Part shown: piece after piece, positions 28,621 through 42,523 of the stretch
How the letters are laid out: every line of letters starts with the position of its first letter
Position numbering within the stretch: the first letter of the stretch is position 1
Origin: Octopus vulgaris
Taxonomy: Eukaryota
Length of the DNA: 64,000 nt
Direction of reading: 5' to 3'
Assembly: GCA_951406725.2 (NCBI GenBank)
Contig: OX597833.1
Span: forward strand, 2,232,001 to 2,296,000
Notes under the pieces: model-generated
The model's input: the letters and a program-made list of their open reading frames with translations, nothing else
Told to the model about the DNA's origin: nothing
Database searches by the model: none
Translations under genes and position numbers: made by a program

Positions 28621-28660
<40 letters not shown>

Positions 28661-28680
28661 ATTATTAACATTATTATTAA

Positions 28681-28737
<57 letters not shown>

Positions 28738-29214
28738 CATTATTATTATTATTATTGTTATTATTAGCAAGGTGGGGGTTCTATTTCTCTTTTTACCAAC
28801 AAAGATTTTCAAATGATTTAATAAACTTAGCTGTCGATAATGAAGTGATTGGCGGTTTTTTGCTTATATATTTTTTTTAAAGATAAACGCGTGTTTTTCT
28901 ATTGCGGGCAAAAGGGCAAATCACAAAGGTTTTTGCAGCGAATATCCTCCAAAATTCTTGGACGCACGAAAACAGATTTAATAAGAAAGTAACGACATGA
29001 AGAACAACAGAGTTACAGACAGCCACAATTTGGCATGTATTAAACGCAAACATTATACGATCTCAAAACCACTCCTACAAAAACAGCAGCAGCTCGTCAT
29101 CTTTTACTGTTGTCATCTAAAGGGAAATTCTAGACATGTTTCCACTCCAGGGAAATAAATTAGCTTGGGAGAAGTAGGTGCAAAAGATGGTGCATCTTTT
29201 CCCGAGAAACATCT

Positions 29215-29627
29215 CTTTACTCTTTACTCTTTACTCTTTTACTTGTTTCAGTCATTTGACTGCGGCCATGCTGGAGCACCACCTTTAGTCGAGCAAATCG
29301 ACCCCGGGACTTATTCTTTGTAAGCCCAGTACTTATTCTATCGGTCTCTTTTTGCCGAACCGCTAAGTGACGGGGACGTAAACACACCAGCATCGGTTGT
29401 CAAGCAATGCTAGGGGGACAAACACAAACACACACACATATATATATATATATACATATATACGACAAGCTTCTTTCAGTTTCCGTCTACCAAATCCACT
29501 CACAAGGCATTGGTCGGCCTGGGGCTATAGCAGAAGACACTTGCCCAAGATGGCCACGCAGTGGGACTGAACCCGGAACCATGTGGTTGGTTAGCAAACT
29601 ACTTACCACACAGCCTCTCCTGCGCCT
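29215..29627 (-). mobile_element. SINE family A, full length
   Basis: Complete head to (TACTCTTT)n tail. Confidence 0.93.
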
Positions 29628-29967
29628 AGTTCAGTTATTATTATACTTCCTCTATAATTATATAATATGCGATCAAGAACTCATTGCTTTTCCCGTAAAA
29701 CATTGAACGTCTGAACACAGGATTTGTTATATGATGATGCCATATTGATTCAGTAATCGTTGTTTTTGATTTAATCTTCAAGTATTTTCGTGCCGGTTTT
29801 ATTTCTCTCGGGTGTGCAATGTTGACGATGTAAATATACTGTCTCTTTGTGTATTGCTGAATATTTCGTTGAAGATTTTTGCCATTTCCAGATAGTCAAT
29901 TTATATCCTTTAGTCCTACAACATTATTCGTATATGTGCGGCTGGTGTGAATCGTTTGTCGTTTTTT

Positions 29968-30170
29968 CTTTTGCTTGGTTCAATCATTGGACTGCGTTCG
30001 CGCAAGTACCACCGAACTGAAAGGCTTAGGAGAAGAAATCGACCCTCAGTATTTTTATGTCTATTTTAATACTGACACTTTTTCTAAGTGTCTCATTTGC
30101 AGAAGTTACGGGAACGTAAATAACACTGGCTGTCAAGCGGTGACGGCGGGTGGGGGTTAACAAACACACA
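29968..30170 (-). mobile_element. SINE family A, diverged tail fragment
   Basis: AAATCGACCC...GTTACGGGAACGTAAA...TGTCAAGCGGTG. Confidence 0.6.
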
Positions 30171-30386
30171 CATACACACGCATACACACATACGCACACA
30201 CATACGCACACGCACACAAACAATCATCCCGATATGACAACAGATTAACTGCTACGTTCTATGCGTTTTAAGACAGGATTAACACACACAAACACACACA
30301 CAAACACACACACACACACACACACACACAAGCACACACATGCGCACACGCACGCACAAACATACATACACACACATATATATTTA

Positions 30387-30608
30387 AGGCGGCAAGCTGG
30401 CAGAGACGTTAGCACGCCGGGCGAAATGCGTAGCCGTATTTCGTCTGCCGCTACGTTGTGAGTTCAAATTCCGCCGAGGTCGACTTTACCTTTCATCCTT
30501 TCGGGGTCGATTAAATAAGTACCAGTTAGGTACTGGGGTCGATATAATCGACTAAATCCGTTTGTTTGTCCTCTCTGTGTTTAGCCCCTTGTGGGTAGTA
30601 AAGAAATA
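30387..30608 (+). mobile_element. SINE family B
   Basis: Full-length, near-consensus copy. Confidence 0.92.
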
Positions 30609-30954
30609 CATATATATCAGCATGCACACATCCAACGGCCTTCCAGTTTCCGTGTATCAAATTTATTCACAAGGTATCAGTCAGCCCAGGATTATGATAC
30701 TTGTTCAATGTGCCACGCCGTCATGCCATCTGGCGGAAAATATTACTTTCAAGTCGAAAAGAGTATAATGGCTGAGCGTCTCTTTTTTTTATGCTGAGCA
30801 GCTTTCTAGAATTTTGGCTCTGATGAAGCTAACACATAATCGGATTTAGTCTACGCTTCGTTTTTCGCTCTTCTACGATCGATAAAAATGTCCCACTTTA
30901 GCATAAGGATAAATTTAATCCGCTAAATTTTTCTACCCAAATGGGTTTATGTTG

Positions 30955-31585
30955 GATTATGTTAGAAATCACTATTAGCTCACTCAACACATTATACTAC
31001 AGGATTAACTCTAACTCTCTCTAATCCTCAGCTAGTTATACAACATGTTTGACTGCTACATCCAACACATTCTAACCCAGGGTTAATTGTTATTCTTAAC
31101 ACGTTATGCAACAAAAGATTAACTACTTTACTTAACACATCAAATCACATAATAAACTGCTACATTCAACAGATTATAAGAAAGGATTAATCGTTATACT
31201 CAGCACATTATCTTACAAGATCAACTGCTACATTCAACATGTTATGCAATAGGAGTAAGTGATGCAATCATCCCGATATGACAAAAGATTAACTGCTACG
31301 TTCTATGCGCTTTAAGACAGGATTAACTGGTTCATTCAACACATTTTGCCACAGGATTAACATCTGTGCTCAACACGTTATAGAAGAGGATTAATTGATT
31401 AATTGGTTCATTCAATACTTTATGCTACAGGATTAACTCGAACACTTAACATGTCGCAGGATTAACCACCATTCTGTACATATTACAAGGCAGCATTTAA
31501 TTCAGTATTCTCAACATTGTACACATGGATTAACCGCTGCACCCAACGCAAAGACCGGATTAACTGCCCCTCAACACATTTTGCA
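30955..31585 (+). repeat. Degenerate 34-bp minisatellite with conserved GGATTAA
   Basis: (G/A)GATTAA-like motifs at about 31116, 31150, 31184, 31218, 31252, 31286, 31320, 31354 and 31388. Consensus is roughly ACAGGATTAACTGCTACATTCAACACGTTATGCA. Confidence 0.8.
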
Positions 31586-32870
31586 TTTAATACTTTATTG
31601 AAAGGTCAGAGAAGAACAAATGGCTATTATAACAGGTTAAATATTATACAGTATTTTAGATTCGTTTCTCCAAAGTCTCAGACTCTTTGGACAGATCTCT
31701 CTTTTACTTCATACTTCTGGGGGTGAATTTTCATGCCATAAGTGTCATTAGTCTCACCCGAGATTAATCTAATCCAATATAAAACCGTTTCAAAATTTCT
31801 CCCTCGTTCATTCCATATATGAAGCATTATTTGTAAAGCATTTTATGTTCATACTTAAATGTCTGTAAACGCATCGAAACAGGTGTCAATACAAAAGAGA
31901 GATCGATAAAAATGTCTATTTTTAATGACTCAGTTTTCTACCCAAATTTTATGTTGGACGTTGGAAATGTTTCCGTAGCCACAGGATTAACTCTAACTCT
32001 CTCTAATCCTCAGCTAGTTATACAACATGTTTGACTGCTACATCCAACACATTCTAACACAGGGTTAATCGTTATTCTTAACACGTTATGCAACAAAAGA
32101 TTAACTACTTTACTTAACACATCAAATCACATAATAAACTGCTACATTCAACAGATTATAAGACAGGATTAATGGTTATACTCAGCACATTATCTTACAA
32201 GATCAACTGCTACATTCAACATGTTATGCAATAGGAGTAAGTGATGCAATCATCCCGATATGACAAAAGATTAACTGCTACGTTCTATGCGCTTTAAGAC
32301 AGGATTAACTGGTTCATTCAACACATTTTGCCACAGGATTAGCACCTATGCTCAGCACGTTATAGAAGAGGATTAATTGGTTAATTCAATACGTTATGCC
32401 ACAGGATTAACTCGAACACTTAACATGTTGTCACAGGATTAACCACCATGCTGTAATTATTACAAGGCAGCATTTAATTCAGTATTCTCAACATTGTACA
32501 CATGGATTAACCGCTGCACTCAACGCAAAGACCGGATTAACTGCCCCTCAACGCATACTGCATTTAATACTTTATTGAATGGTCAGAGAAGAACAGAATG
32601 TTAATATAACAGGTTAAATATTATACAATATTTTAGATTCGTTTCTCCAGACTCTTCGGACAAATCTCTTTTTACTTCATACTTCTGGGGGTGATTTTTC
32701 ATGCCATAAGTGTCATTAGTCTCATCCGAGATTAATCTAATCCAATATAAAACCCTTTCAAAATTTCTCCCTCGTTCATTCCATATATGAAGCATTATTT
32801 GTAAAGCATTTTATGTTCATATTTAAATGCATGTAAACGCATCGAAACAGGTGTCATCGCAAAAGAGAGC
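30999..32870 (+). repeat. Tandem duplication, period ~982 bp
   Basis: 30999-~31901 matches 31981-~32870 with scattered substitutions and small indels. Confidence 0.93.
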
Positions 32871-33904
32871 CTATTTCATGACTCAGTTATACTTTTGCAC
32901 GTTTAATGTTTCCGTAGTTACCAGGGACGTTTGTGTTTGTGTGCCGATGTGTGTAATTTAGATTAGAGAAGAAATATATTAAAACAATTCATGTTCAAAA
33001 CCTTTCTGAGGAACCTCATATCGGTCTTTTGTATTCGTGATCGTTCTCTTTCGGTCATTATCCGTCGTTGAGGATCTGAGGTAAAGATGGGCACGAAAAC
33101 CGAATAGAAGATGACAAATTAGGCTTTTTTCCTTTCACTTAGCTTTATTCTTCTGGGGACCGAATACTGGGGCTGGTGCATTCCAATGCTAGCACCGGCG
33201 ATTCTAGACACATTATTTAAATACTTTATTTAAAAACCATTATACAAAAATTAATGAAAAACCTGTACACACTTGTTGAAACACGGTTAGCACCTGTTAA
33301 TGTGACAAAAATATATATTTAATGTAAAAAGAATTATTTTTTGCTGCAGGAAATGTATTTAATGTGACAGAAAACATATTAATCATTTGCAATGGTTCTT
33401 TTTTTTTTTTTAACAATTTGATATTTTCGCAAAATATTTATATTTTTCTTTTCTTCGTATTTTTCAGGTACGTATGCAGCTACTATTATAAATCATATCA
33501 CATAGGTAGGCGTTTTGTTATTGATAATGTTGTTGTTACTATCGTCGTTGTAGTTTTTGTTGTGATTGTTGCTGTTGCTTAGCCATATTCAGCTTTGATT
33601 ATGCAGACTTATGATCAGAAGCTTTCTAAATGTGACCACCCCGTCCATATGTTTTTCAGGCAGCGTGCATGCATCAAAAACCTCGTTGGTTATGACGTGT
33701 TATTTATTTTACATGTAAAACGGCAGGCCGTGTGGATTTTGGGTAATTTAGCTGCTATTTTTAGGATGGAGGGACTGCAAGCATACCTCTCAACGATTAG
33801 CCAGAGATGATTTTTAAAATGAGAATAACTGAAATAAACTCGACTGCTCTCACAAATGAGAATACTAAAAATGAACCCGACTGCTCTCAAAAAATTATTC
33901 AAAA

Positions 33905-34105
33905 AACAGGAAAAATCATCCAGAATCCTTGTCCGGAACCGAATCGATTCCAGAATCGAATCAGTTTGTGACAGGCACGAGGCTGATCATCCCTGAAATT
34001 TTCATCCGGATCCATCCAGCATTTCTTGAGATATCTTGTCCACGAACAAACAAACAAACGCGACTGAAAACAATACCTCCGCCTTCGCTAAGGCGGAGGT
34101 AATAA
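33905..34105 (-). mobile_element. Helentron-associated/DINE-1-like (HINE) element end
   Basis: Minus strand TTATTACCTCCGCCTT-AGCG-AAGGCGGAGGTATTGTTTTC, then (GTTT)n and GATATCTCAAGAA...TGGAT...ATGAAAATTT, which is typical HINE architecture. Confidence 0.7.
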
Positions 34106-34318
34106 TCCTTTCTACTAAAGGCAAAAGGCCTGAAATGTTGTGGGGAGGGGACTAGGCGATTATATTGACCCCAGTGTTTCACTGGTACTGAATGTATCAA
34201 CCCCGAAAGGATGAAAGGCAAAGTCGACCACGGTGCAGTTTGAACTCAGAACGTAAAGATGGACGAAATTCTGCGAAGCATTTTGCCCTGCGTGCTACCG
34301 ATTCTGCCAGCTCACCAC
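34106..34318 (-). mobile_element. SINE family B
   Basis: Reverse-complement match including CCCCGAAAGGATGAAAGGCAAAGTCGAC. Confidence 0.87.
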
Positions 34319-34319
34319 C

Positions 34320-34320
<1 letters not shown>

Positions 34321-34404
<84 letters not shown>

Positions 34405-34405
34405 G

Positions 34406-34467
<62 letters not shown>

Positions 34468-34489
34468 GATAATAATAATAATAATAATG

Positions 34490-34557
<68 letters not shown>

Positions 34558-34558
34558 G

Positions 34559-34590
<32 letters not shown>

Positions 34591-34633
34591 GATAATAATA
34601 ATAATAATAATGATAATAATAATAATAATAATG

Positions 34634-34696
<63 letters not shown>

Positions 34697-34804
34697 GTCC
34701 TTTCAGGTATTGGCACAGAACTTGAAATTTGGGGGAGGGGTTAAGTCCGTTACCAGCACGTGCACTAAACAACACCAACACCACCACCGTCATCATCATC
34801 ATCC

Positions 34805-34846
<42 letters not shown>

Positions 34847-35141
34847 ACGTCATCGCAATTGCCGCCACCACGACAAGCAGTTTCGCGACCGCCAGTATCA
34901 CTGTCCACCCCGACCATCACCTCCATCACCTCCACCGCCTCCACCACCATCAACAACAACAACAAACAACAACAAGCATCCCCCCCCCTCAAGAGAACTA
35001 TGTCTACCAGACTTTATATCCTACTAACCTTATTATAGTCCTGATATTGTTGTTCTTGTTTTCTTGTCAATAACCTCTCTCTATATAACATATGACTTGA
35101 TATTCATTCTATTCTACTGCTGCTGCTGCTGTTATTATTAC

Positions 35142-35219
<78 letters not shown>

Positions 35220-36475
35220 CATTATCATCATTATTATTATCATTATTATTATTATTATTATCATCATCATCATTATCATCATCATCATCATCATCATCAT
35301 CATTATTATTATTATTATTGTTGTTGCTGTTGTTGCTGTTGTTGTTGTTATTATTATTATTATTATTATTATCATTATTATTTTTATTATTATTATTGTT
35401 CTTTTTCGCGTTATTTGTTCCCCCTCATTCGTTATTTTTATGGGGGAGGGGACACACTGTTTACTTCCTCTTCTTCCTCCTCTTCCTCTTTTTCAACTGC
35501 TTCTTTCTTTTCTTCTTTTTCTAATTATCCTTTACATCTGCTGTTGCCTCTTCCACCACCACCACCTCCTCCTTCTCCTTCTCCTCCTCTTCCTCATCAT
35601 CGTTCTCATTGTCATTTTTATCAGCATCACCTTTATCCTCATCCCGACCATCAGTATTGTCATCATCGGCCATTTTGCCTTCCTCCACCTTCTCCTCATC
35701 ATCAACTTCTTCTTTCCCTTCTTCCTCATCTTCTCCCTTGTCTTCATCTCCTTTTCTTCTTCTTCTTCTTCTTCTTCTTCTTCTTCTTCTTCTTCTTCTC
35801 CTTTCTTCTTCTCCTTCTTCTTAGTCTTCCCCTCCTCCTCCTTCTCATTCATCTTCTTCTTCTTCTCCTTCTTCTTCTTCCTCTACTTTCCCTTCTTATT
35901 CATCTTCTCCTCCTCCACCTCCTCTTCCTTCTTCTTTTTCTTCTTTCCCTATTTCCTCTTCTTCTTCGTCTTCCCCTCCTCCTTTTTCTTGCTCTTATTA
36001 CCTCTATAACCCCCCACATCCATCATTGTAATCGTCACAATACTTCCACAACCACCACCAACACCACCATCATCCTCGCCACCACCATCACCAACAGCAG
36101 CAGCAACAACATCCACCACCTCCTCCTCCTCCTTTTTATCATCATCATCATCATCTTTATCATTGATATTATTATTTCCATTAATATTATTTGTTATTCT
36201 TTTATTGCTTCGTCTTTCCCATATTATCCAAATTATTATATTGTTGTTGTTGCTGTTGTTGTTGTTGTTGTGGTTGTTGTTGTTGTTGTTGTTGCTGTTG
36301 TTGTTCCAGCCATTGTTATTCCAGTGGCCTATATACTGTACGCCAATGTAACTCGTTGCCTTTTTATTTTGGCTTCGTCTGTTTCTTTAAATTATCATCA
36401 TTATTAAACTCCTCATATTTATGGAAGCATTCTTATCATCATCATCATCATCATCATCACCCCCACCACCATCCT
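34321..36475. repeat. Trinucleotide low-complexity field: (AAT)n, (CAT)n, (TTA)n, (CTT)n, (GTT)n
   Basis: Direct reading. Confidence 0.92.
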
Positions 36476-36622
36476 TATCTCCATCGTCTTCCTTCTCTTC
36501 CAAATAGTATATGAGAAAGCAAAATGCGTTAAAAAGAGGATCCGAGAGACTTTCCATGTATCGTTATCATAATAAATCTTATATATGCAAGTGAAATGTT
36601 ATACCTTAAATACATGCATGTA

Positions 36623-36679
<57 letters not shown>

Positions 36680-37148
36680 TGTGTGCGTAATTAATATTTT
36701 ATTAGTATTTATGTTTTAATTATTATTTTGCTATTGTCATTATGATTATTATGAGTTTGCAAATTGTAAGCAACACTTGTTAGTGGTTTCCAGTGTGACA
36801 ATCATTGGATAACTGGAATTGCCATGGTGAGACCGACAGAAACAGCAGTCTTCACCGTTCTTTAGATCCTTGGCACTTCACAGGGGGCGTTAGAGGTCGG
36901 TAATCGAGTAAACGCACATACATTGTCACACGCAAACACGAATATGCACATAGGTTACACACTTACACACACGTGTACGCGCATCACGTGGTGCTTCCGC
37001 GTAGTTTCTGCCTAGCGAATTCCATTCATACTATATTGATCAACGTTCGAGATCAATAAATAGAGAAATCGATGGAAATAATAAGCAACAACAAATATAG
37101 GGGTTGTAATTGATCTAAAAATGATTTGGCAGGTAAAAGAAGACAGGC

Positions 37149-37567
<419 letters not shown>

Positions 37568-37719
37568 CAATAAATTGCGACCAGGTTTGATACAACAAAT
37601 CAGTGAATATCTATTTCCGAAAAGTAGATATGCACTTATGGGTATATATACACACATACACAATCACAAACAAACTACACCTGCATGTATATATCTATCT
37701 ATCTATATATATGTATATA

Positions 37720-37810
<91 letters not shown>

Positions 37811-37875
37811 ATATATATATATTATATGTATATATAGGTATTTATAGATCACATATACATATATACGTATTTATA

Positions 37876-37906
<31 letters not shown>

Positions 37907-37978
37907 ATTCTTAAATGTGTGTAGCATGCACTTTAAATTTTTGTTTTCGTTATGTCATGATATACTAACCTCTGAATG

Positions 37979-38012
<34 letters not shown>

Positions 38013-38469
38013 TATCCTATTCACTTTCACTTTCTCTTTCTCTCTCCCTCCCTTTGTCTGCCTCTTTCTCTCTATCCATCCGTCAGTTTCTATCTGTCCA
38101 TCAATTTCCTCCATGCATCTTTTGAAATCCTACGCCCCCCCCCCCCGCCCACCTTAACGATCTTTATTACCCATCGATATATCTACTTATTGATCTCCTT
38201 TCTATTAGGAGGCATTAGACGTGATTGCTTGTTTATGCGTATTTGTGTGCGCGCACCCCCGTGTGTATGTGTGTGTGTATGTGTGTGTGTATGTGTGTGT
38301 GTGTGCACACGCGCATTTCTCTCCCTCTCAACCCCTCTCTCAACCCTTCTCTCTTTCTCTCTCTCCTTCTATGTATATATACATACACATAAAAATAATA
38401 ACAATAATTATGTATATAAATATGTATGTACACATACATAAATGTATATACAAATCTATATACATTTGC

Positions 38470-38508
<39 letters not shown>

Positions 38509-38723
38509 CGTGTGTATTTTTGTCTGTGTGTAGCAATGTATATATACATATATATATATATATGTATATATGTATATGTACTTGTGTATGTATGTGTATA
38601 TATTATTTGTGTTGTGATTGGATCGTATGTATGTCACAAAGCTTGTGTACGCATCTATGTGTATGTTTTTGTGTGCTTATCTTTTCATCTTCACGTGTAT
38701 GTGCGCATGCGTTTGTGTGTGTA

Positions 38724-38754
<31 letters not shown>

Positions 38755-39329
38755 ACGTGTGCGTATGTGTGTATGTGTTACAGAAAACTCCTCAAACAAT
38801 GGTAAACCCGAGGGATTCGAGATGCCTTAATCGTAAAATTTCCGTCGGGAGTTAATGTTATTTTTTCAAAAGACCTTTCGTACTTTTGCCAGCCATAAAT
38901 AGAGAATCTCTATTTAATAATATACGATATAAATGCCGGTCGGTGTTTTGTTTGATTGGTAAATTTCTCGAGTCGCGAACTGTGTCGTATAAACCGAGGG
39001 AGAGAGAGAGCGAATAAAAGAGAGAGTGAGAGTGAGAGCGGAAAAGGGAGAGAGAGGTGGGATACATACAGATGTAAAAACTTAGGTATAGCGTGAATTC
39101 ACATGCGAGTTTGAGTGGCAGGCAATGAGTAAAGGAACGCCTACACGCATATATGCATACATAGGGAAAGAGAAGGAATCATAAAGAAGAAAGAGGAGAG
39201 ATGGGTAGAGAGAGGGTCAGGAGTGTAGAAGGAGAAGGAGTAAATGAAGGTGTGGTACTCTGTAACTAAAATGAAGGTGTGGTACTCTGTAGCTGAAATA
39301 AAACAGCTCTGGAATATCTTATGGCTTTC

Positions 39330-39568
39330 ATCTTTTACGTTTTTCAGTCATTCGAGTGCGACCAAGCTGGGGCACCGCATTGAGGGTATTTTTAGGGGAA
39401 TGAATCAACCCCTAGTACTTTTTTCCTACAGCTGGTACTTATTCTATCGTGCACTTTTGCCGAAAGGCTAAGTTACAGGGATGTAAACACACCAACACTG
39501 GTTGTCAAGCGATTGGGGGAACATACACAAACAGAAAAAACACATACACACGCATATATATACGACGC
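39330..39568 (-). mobile_element. SINE family A, diverged fragment
   Basis: TTCAGTCATT...GCTGGGGCACCGC...GTACTTATTCTATCG...GTAAACACACCAACACTGGTTGTCAAGCG. Confidence 0.78.
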
Positions 39569-39596
39569 CTATATTTTTCGACATGGTTACATTATT

Positions 39597-39760
39597 ATTG
39601 CTCGTACCACGTATTATTTGCTCTTTGTAGGCTGTGATTTCCACAGAGCCCCCAATGGACCATTCTAACCACATTGTCATGTCGTCTTTTGTATTCGTCA
39701 ATTCCTGACATTCGCTAACGATGTGCCGCACCGTTTCACACTTCTCACATTCTACATTTG
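39597..39760 (-). pseudogene. Decayed R4/Dong-like LINE zinc-knuckle fragment
   Basis: Frameshifted translation ETVRHIVSECQEL / EYKRRHDNVVRMVHWGLC...WYEQ parallels ETINHIISSC...YIHRHDRV..YIHWKLC at ~63700-63810. Confidence 0.75.
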
Positions 39761-40033
39761 TCGCCATCAGTAGAGTTGTCTATTCTGCACTTATGACTAT
39801 TATTATTATCATTATTATTTTTTTTTTCTTCTGCTTTCAAATTTGCTTCCATTTCTTGCCGAGTGTCTTCCCGACTCCTAGGGCAAAGAAACTCATATTA
39901 TACATGTGTAGGCCATTAAACTAAACTCACTAGTTCGTTTTTTTTTGTTTTTGATAGAAATAAAGTTAAATTAAAATACATGGGTAGTAATAGTTCTCAC
40001 ATCGACAATGTCTATTACTACCCATGTATTTTA

Positions 40034-40106
<73 letters not shown>

Positions 40107-40110
40107 GTTA

Positions 40111-40262
40111 TTTTATGTTTGACTTTTGCTTTACATTTGTACAAGTTGGCTCCAATTCTCACCCAAAGACCTCAAGAGACACCAAGTTGGAAGTTCAAGT
40201 TGGTGTTATGCCTAGGTTGCCATATATTTGGTTTTGTACATAGCGTTGTTCTCGAGAATGTT
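40111..40262 (-). mobile_element. Short retroelement 3'-end fragment embedded in (ATT)n
   Basis: Flanked by (ATT)n on both sides. Its terminus TATGTTTGACTT recurs next to (ATT)n at 63989-64000. Confidence 0.55.
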
Positions 40263-40481
40263 TTATTATTATTATTATTATTAGAGAGATTTTAGAACTA
40301 GCATTTTTGCTTATATATATATATGTGTGTGTGTGTGTGTATGTGTGTGTATGTATGTATATATATATATATATATATATCCATGCACATGTATATACAA
40401 GTATAGTTACATGCACGCGCGCGCGCGTACATAATTTATTATTTATTATTATTAGTATTATTATTATTATTTTTATTTTCA

Positions 40482-40527
<46 letters not shown>

Positions 40528-40644
40528 CATCATCATCATCATTATTACTATTGCATTTTTTAAGTAAGAGAAGATTGCATGTATGCAATCTTGAGTTTCA
40601 GAGCATATCGTCTTTTCCACATTTTCGCTTCCTTCACCACCACC

Positions 40645-40677
<33 letters not shown>

Positions 40678-41272
40678 CTCAGCATCGTTATCATCTTCGC
40701 CGTCGTCTTCGTTGTCATCATCTTTGTTGTTATCAACGTCGTCCGCATCGTCAGGATCATCGTCATACTAGCATTTTCGTCCGGATTAACACTCTCATCT
40801 CCAATTCCCCTCTCTATCGATAATCACCAGATTTTAAAAAACAATGCCGAGTTAATCCAATATCGTTGTCAACTGGAATCCGTACACCAATAGCTTTATC
40901 ATGGAGACTATAAAATCGATATTCAATCAATCGATGTTTTGTCAATGTTGTTCCTATTGTCTGCTTATTATTTCTCTTGTATTCTGCCTGACTTTAAAGC
41001 CAGCAACGCCGCCATACCCCGCCGCCACAATTCCTTCTTTCTCAGAATTTAAATCGACAAACATGGAAATAGGTCAAAACTTTTGCCAAAATCTCAAAAG
41101 ACTAAAGGTTTTAACGAAAGCTCATGTGATATTAAATGCAAAAAGCGCATTCTTTCAACTGCTTATTGGTGTTGAAAGTTAAATTTATCAAAACAAACAC
41201 ACGCTCACTCGCAAACTTACACAACCACACGCATGTATATGTATGTATGTATGTATATATGGACCTTGAACA

Positions 41273-41494
41273 CACAAGAGTAAACAAGAGAGACAGAGAA
41301 AGGCAGAAACAAGGAAAATGCCACTTATATTTGAACACTATACAAATGTTCTTTTAAAAAATACTTTTCTTTTAATTTTTCTAAATTTAATTTTTTAATT
41401 GTTACAGTTGAAAAGGTCTCAAATTACCGAAACCGGTACTGAAATGTGCTTTATAAAATTATTTTAACATTTTCTATCTTGACTTGTTTTTCCA
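41273..41494 (+). mobile_element. HHR-bearing short repeat, family P3 (U3-A8 core)
   Basis: Homologous to 44964-45184. Motif CAG-TTGAAAA-GGTctcaaattACC-GAAA-CCGG-TA-CTG at 41405-41441. Confidence 0.75.
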
Positions 41495-41496
41495 TG

Positions 41497-41532
<36 letters not shown>

Positions 41533-41586
41533 TATATATATATATGTACAAATATGACTATATATAGACATCAATACATGTACAAA

Positions 41587-41626
<40 letters not shown>

Positions 41627-41794
41627 CACACACATATATATATATATAGCTGTGTATGTGTGAATTTGCTCAGTGTGTTTGTGTGCATATATATATATAT
41701 ATGTGTGTGTGTGTATGTACAGTTAATCCCCAAAGAAACTAAGAAAAAAACAACAACGTGAGTGTGTGTATATAATATATATATATATGTATAT

Positions 41795-42199
41795 ATTCTA
41801 TTTATTTCCTCTCAAAGCTGTGACCATGTTGGGGCACCGCCGTTTTGCTACACTGTTATTATTGAGAGCCTCCTCTAATATGTGGAATTTGGTGAATTAG
41901 GGAGTTTGATGCCGCTCCTCTCATTTGCACCCCCTGCCTTGAGGTAGGTTCATCTGGGACTCTCGACAGGAGATATCCAGGTTTTATTTTAAAACACCTA
42001 CATTCACTTTGTGGAGGTCCCTCAGGCTCCTTGGGAGAATATTAAAAACCTGTGGTCCCCTAAAACCTAGGATGCTGCAGTAACTGGTCCTGAAGCGCGA
42101 TGGCATTGCTGGGATCTTTGGCACTGTGCAGTGACAATCCGTTCTCGTATTTGTGTAGCTTTCAATGACAAAATTTGGCACAATACCTTCCAGGATCTT
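41795..42199 (-). mobile_element. CR1/L2-group LINE 3' fragment
   Basis: KILEGIVPNF...RGPQVFNILPRSLRDL...K*NLD resembles CR1-like ORF2 C-termini. The short 3' tail contains GGCGGTGCCCCAACATGGTCACAG. Confidence 0.72.
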
Positions 42200-42313
42200 T
42201 GGTTTGTTCGTGGCTATGATAGAAGATAATAGAAGATACATCGCCAAGGTTCCATGCAGTGAGATTGAACCCGGAGGCATGCGGTTAGGAAGCTAGTCAC
42301 TTAGTACAAAACC
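42200..42313 (-). mobile_element. SINE family A, diverged head fragment
   Basis: TAGAAGATAC..CCAAGGTTCCATGCAGTGAGATTGAACCCGGA. Confidence 0.65.
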
Positions 42314-42523
42314 AAATTTATGCATAATTATATTTGTATTTGTGCGCTTATTATATTTCCATATATGTAGACGTAAATATCTACAAACTTCTATGTATAC
42401 GTTATAGATGTATAGAGTTTATATATTCACGTATGTAAGTATATATATGTGTTTGTGTGTGTGTGTTTGTGTGTATGTGTGTGTGTGTGTGTGAGTGTGT
42501 GAGTGTGTGTGTGTGTGTGTGTA

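Noticed and set aside
30815-30860. CTGATGA followed by a short hairpin
   Set aside because: No GAAA, stem III or UH follows.
30955-32560. CRISPR-like periodic array
   Set aside because: The units are homologous along their whole length, the repeats are degenerate, the context is eukaryotic and there are no cas genes.
38784-38830. Possible short terminal exon (ENSSNNGKPEGFEMP*)
   Set aside because: The acceptor sits in a TG microsatellite, and it is too short to support.
39242-39298. 27-bp tandem duplication AAATGAAGGTGTGGTACTCTGTA
   Set aside because: Ordinary local slippage duplication.
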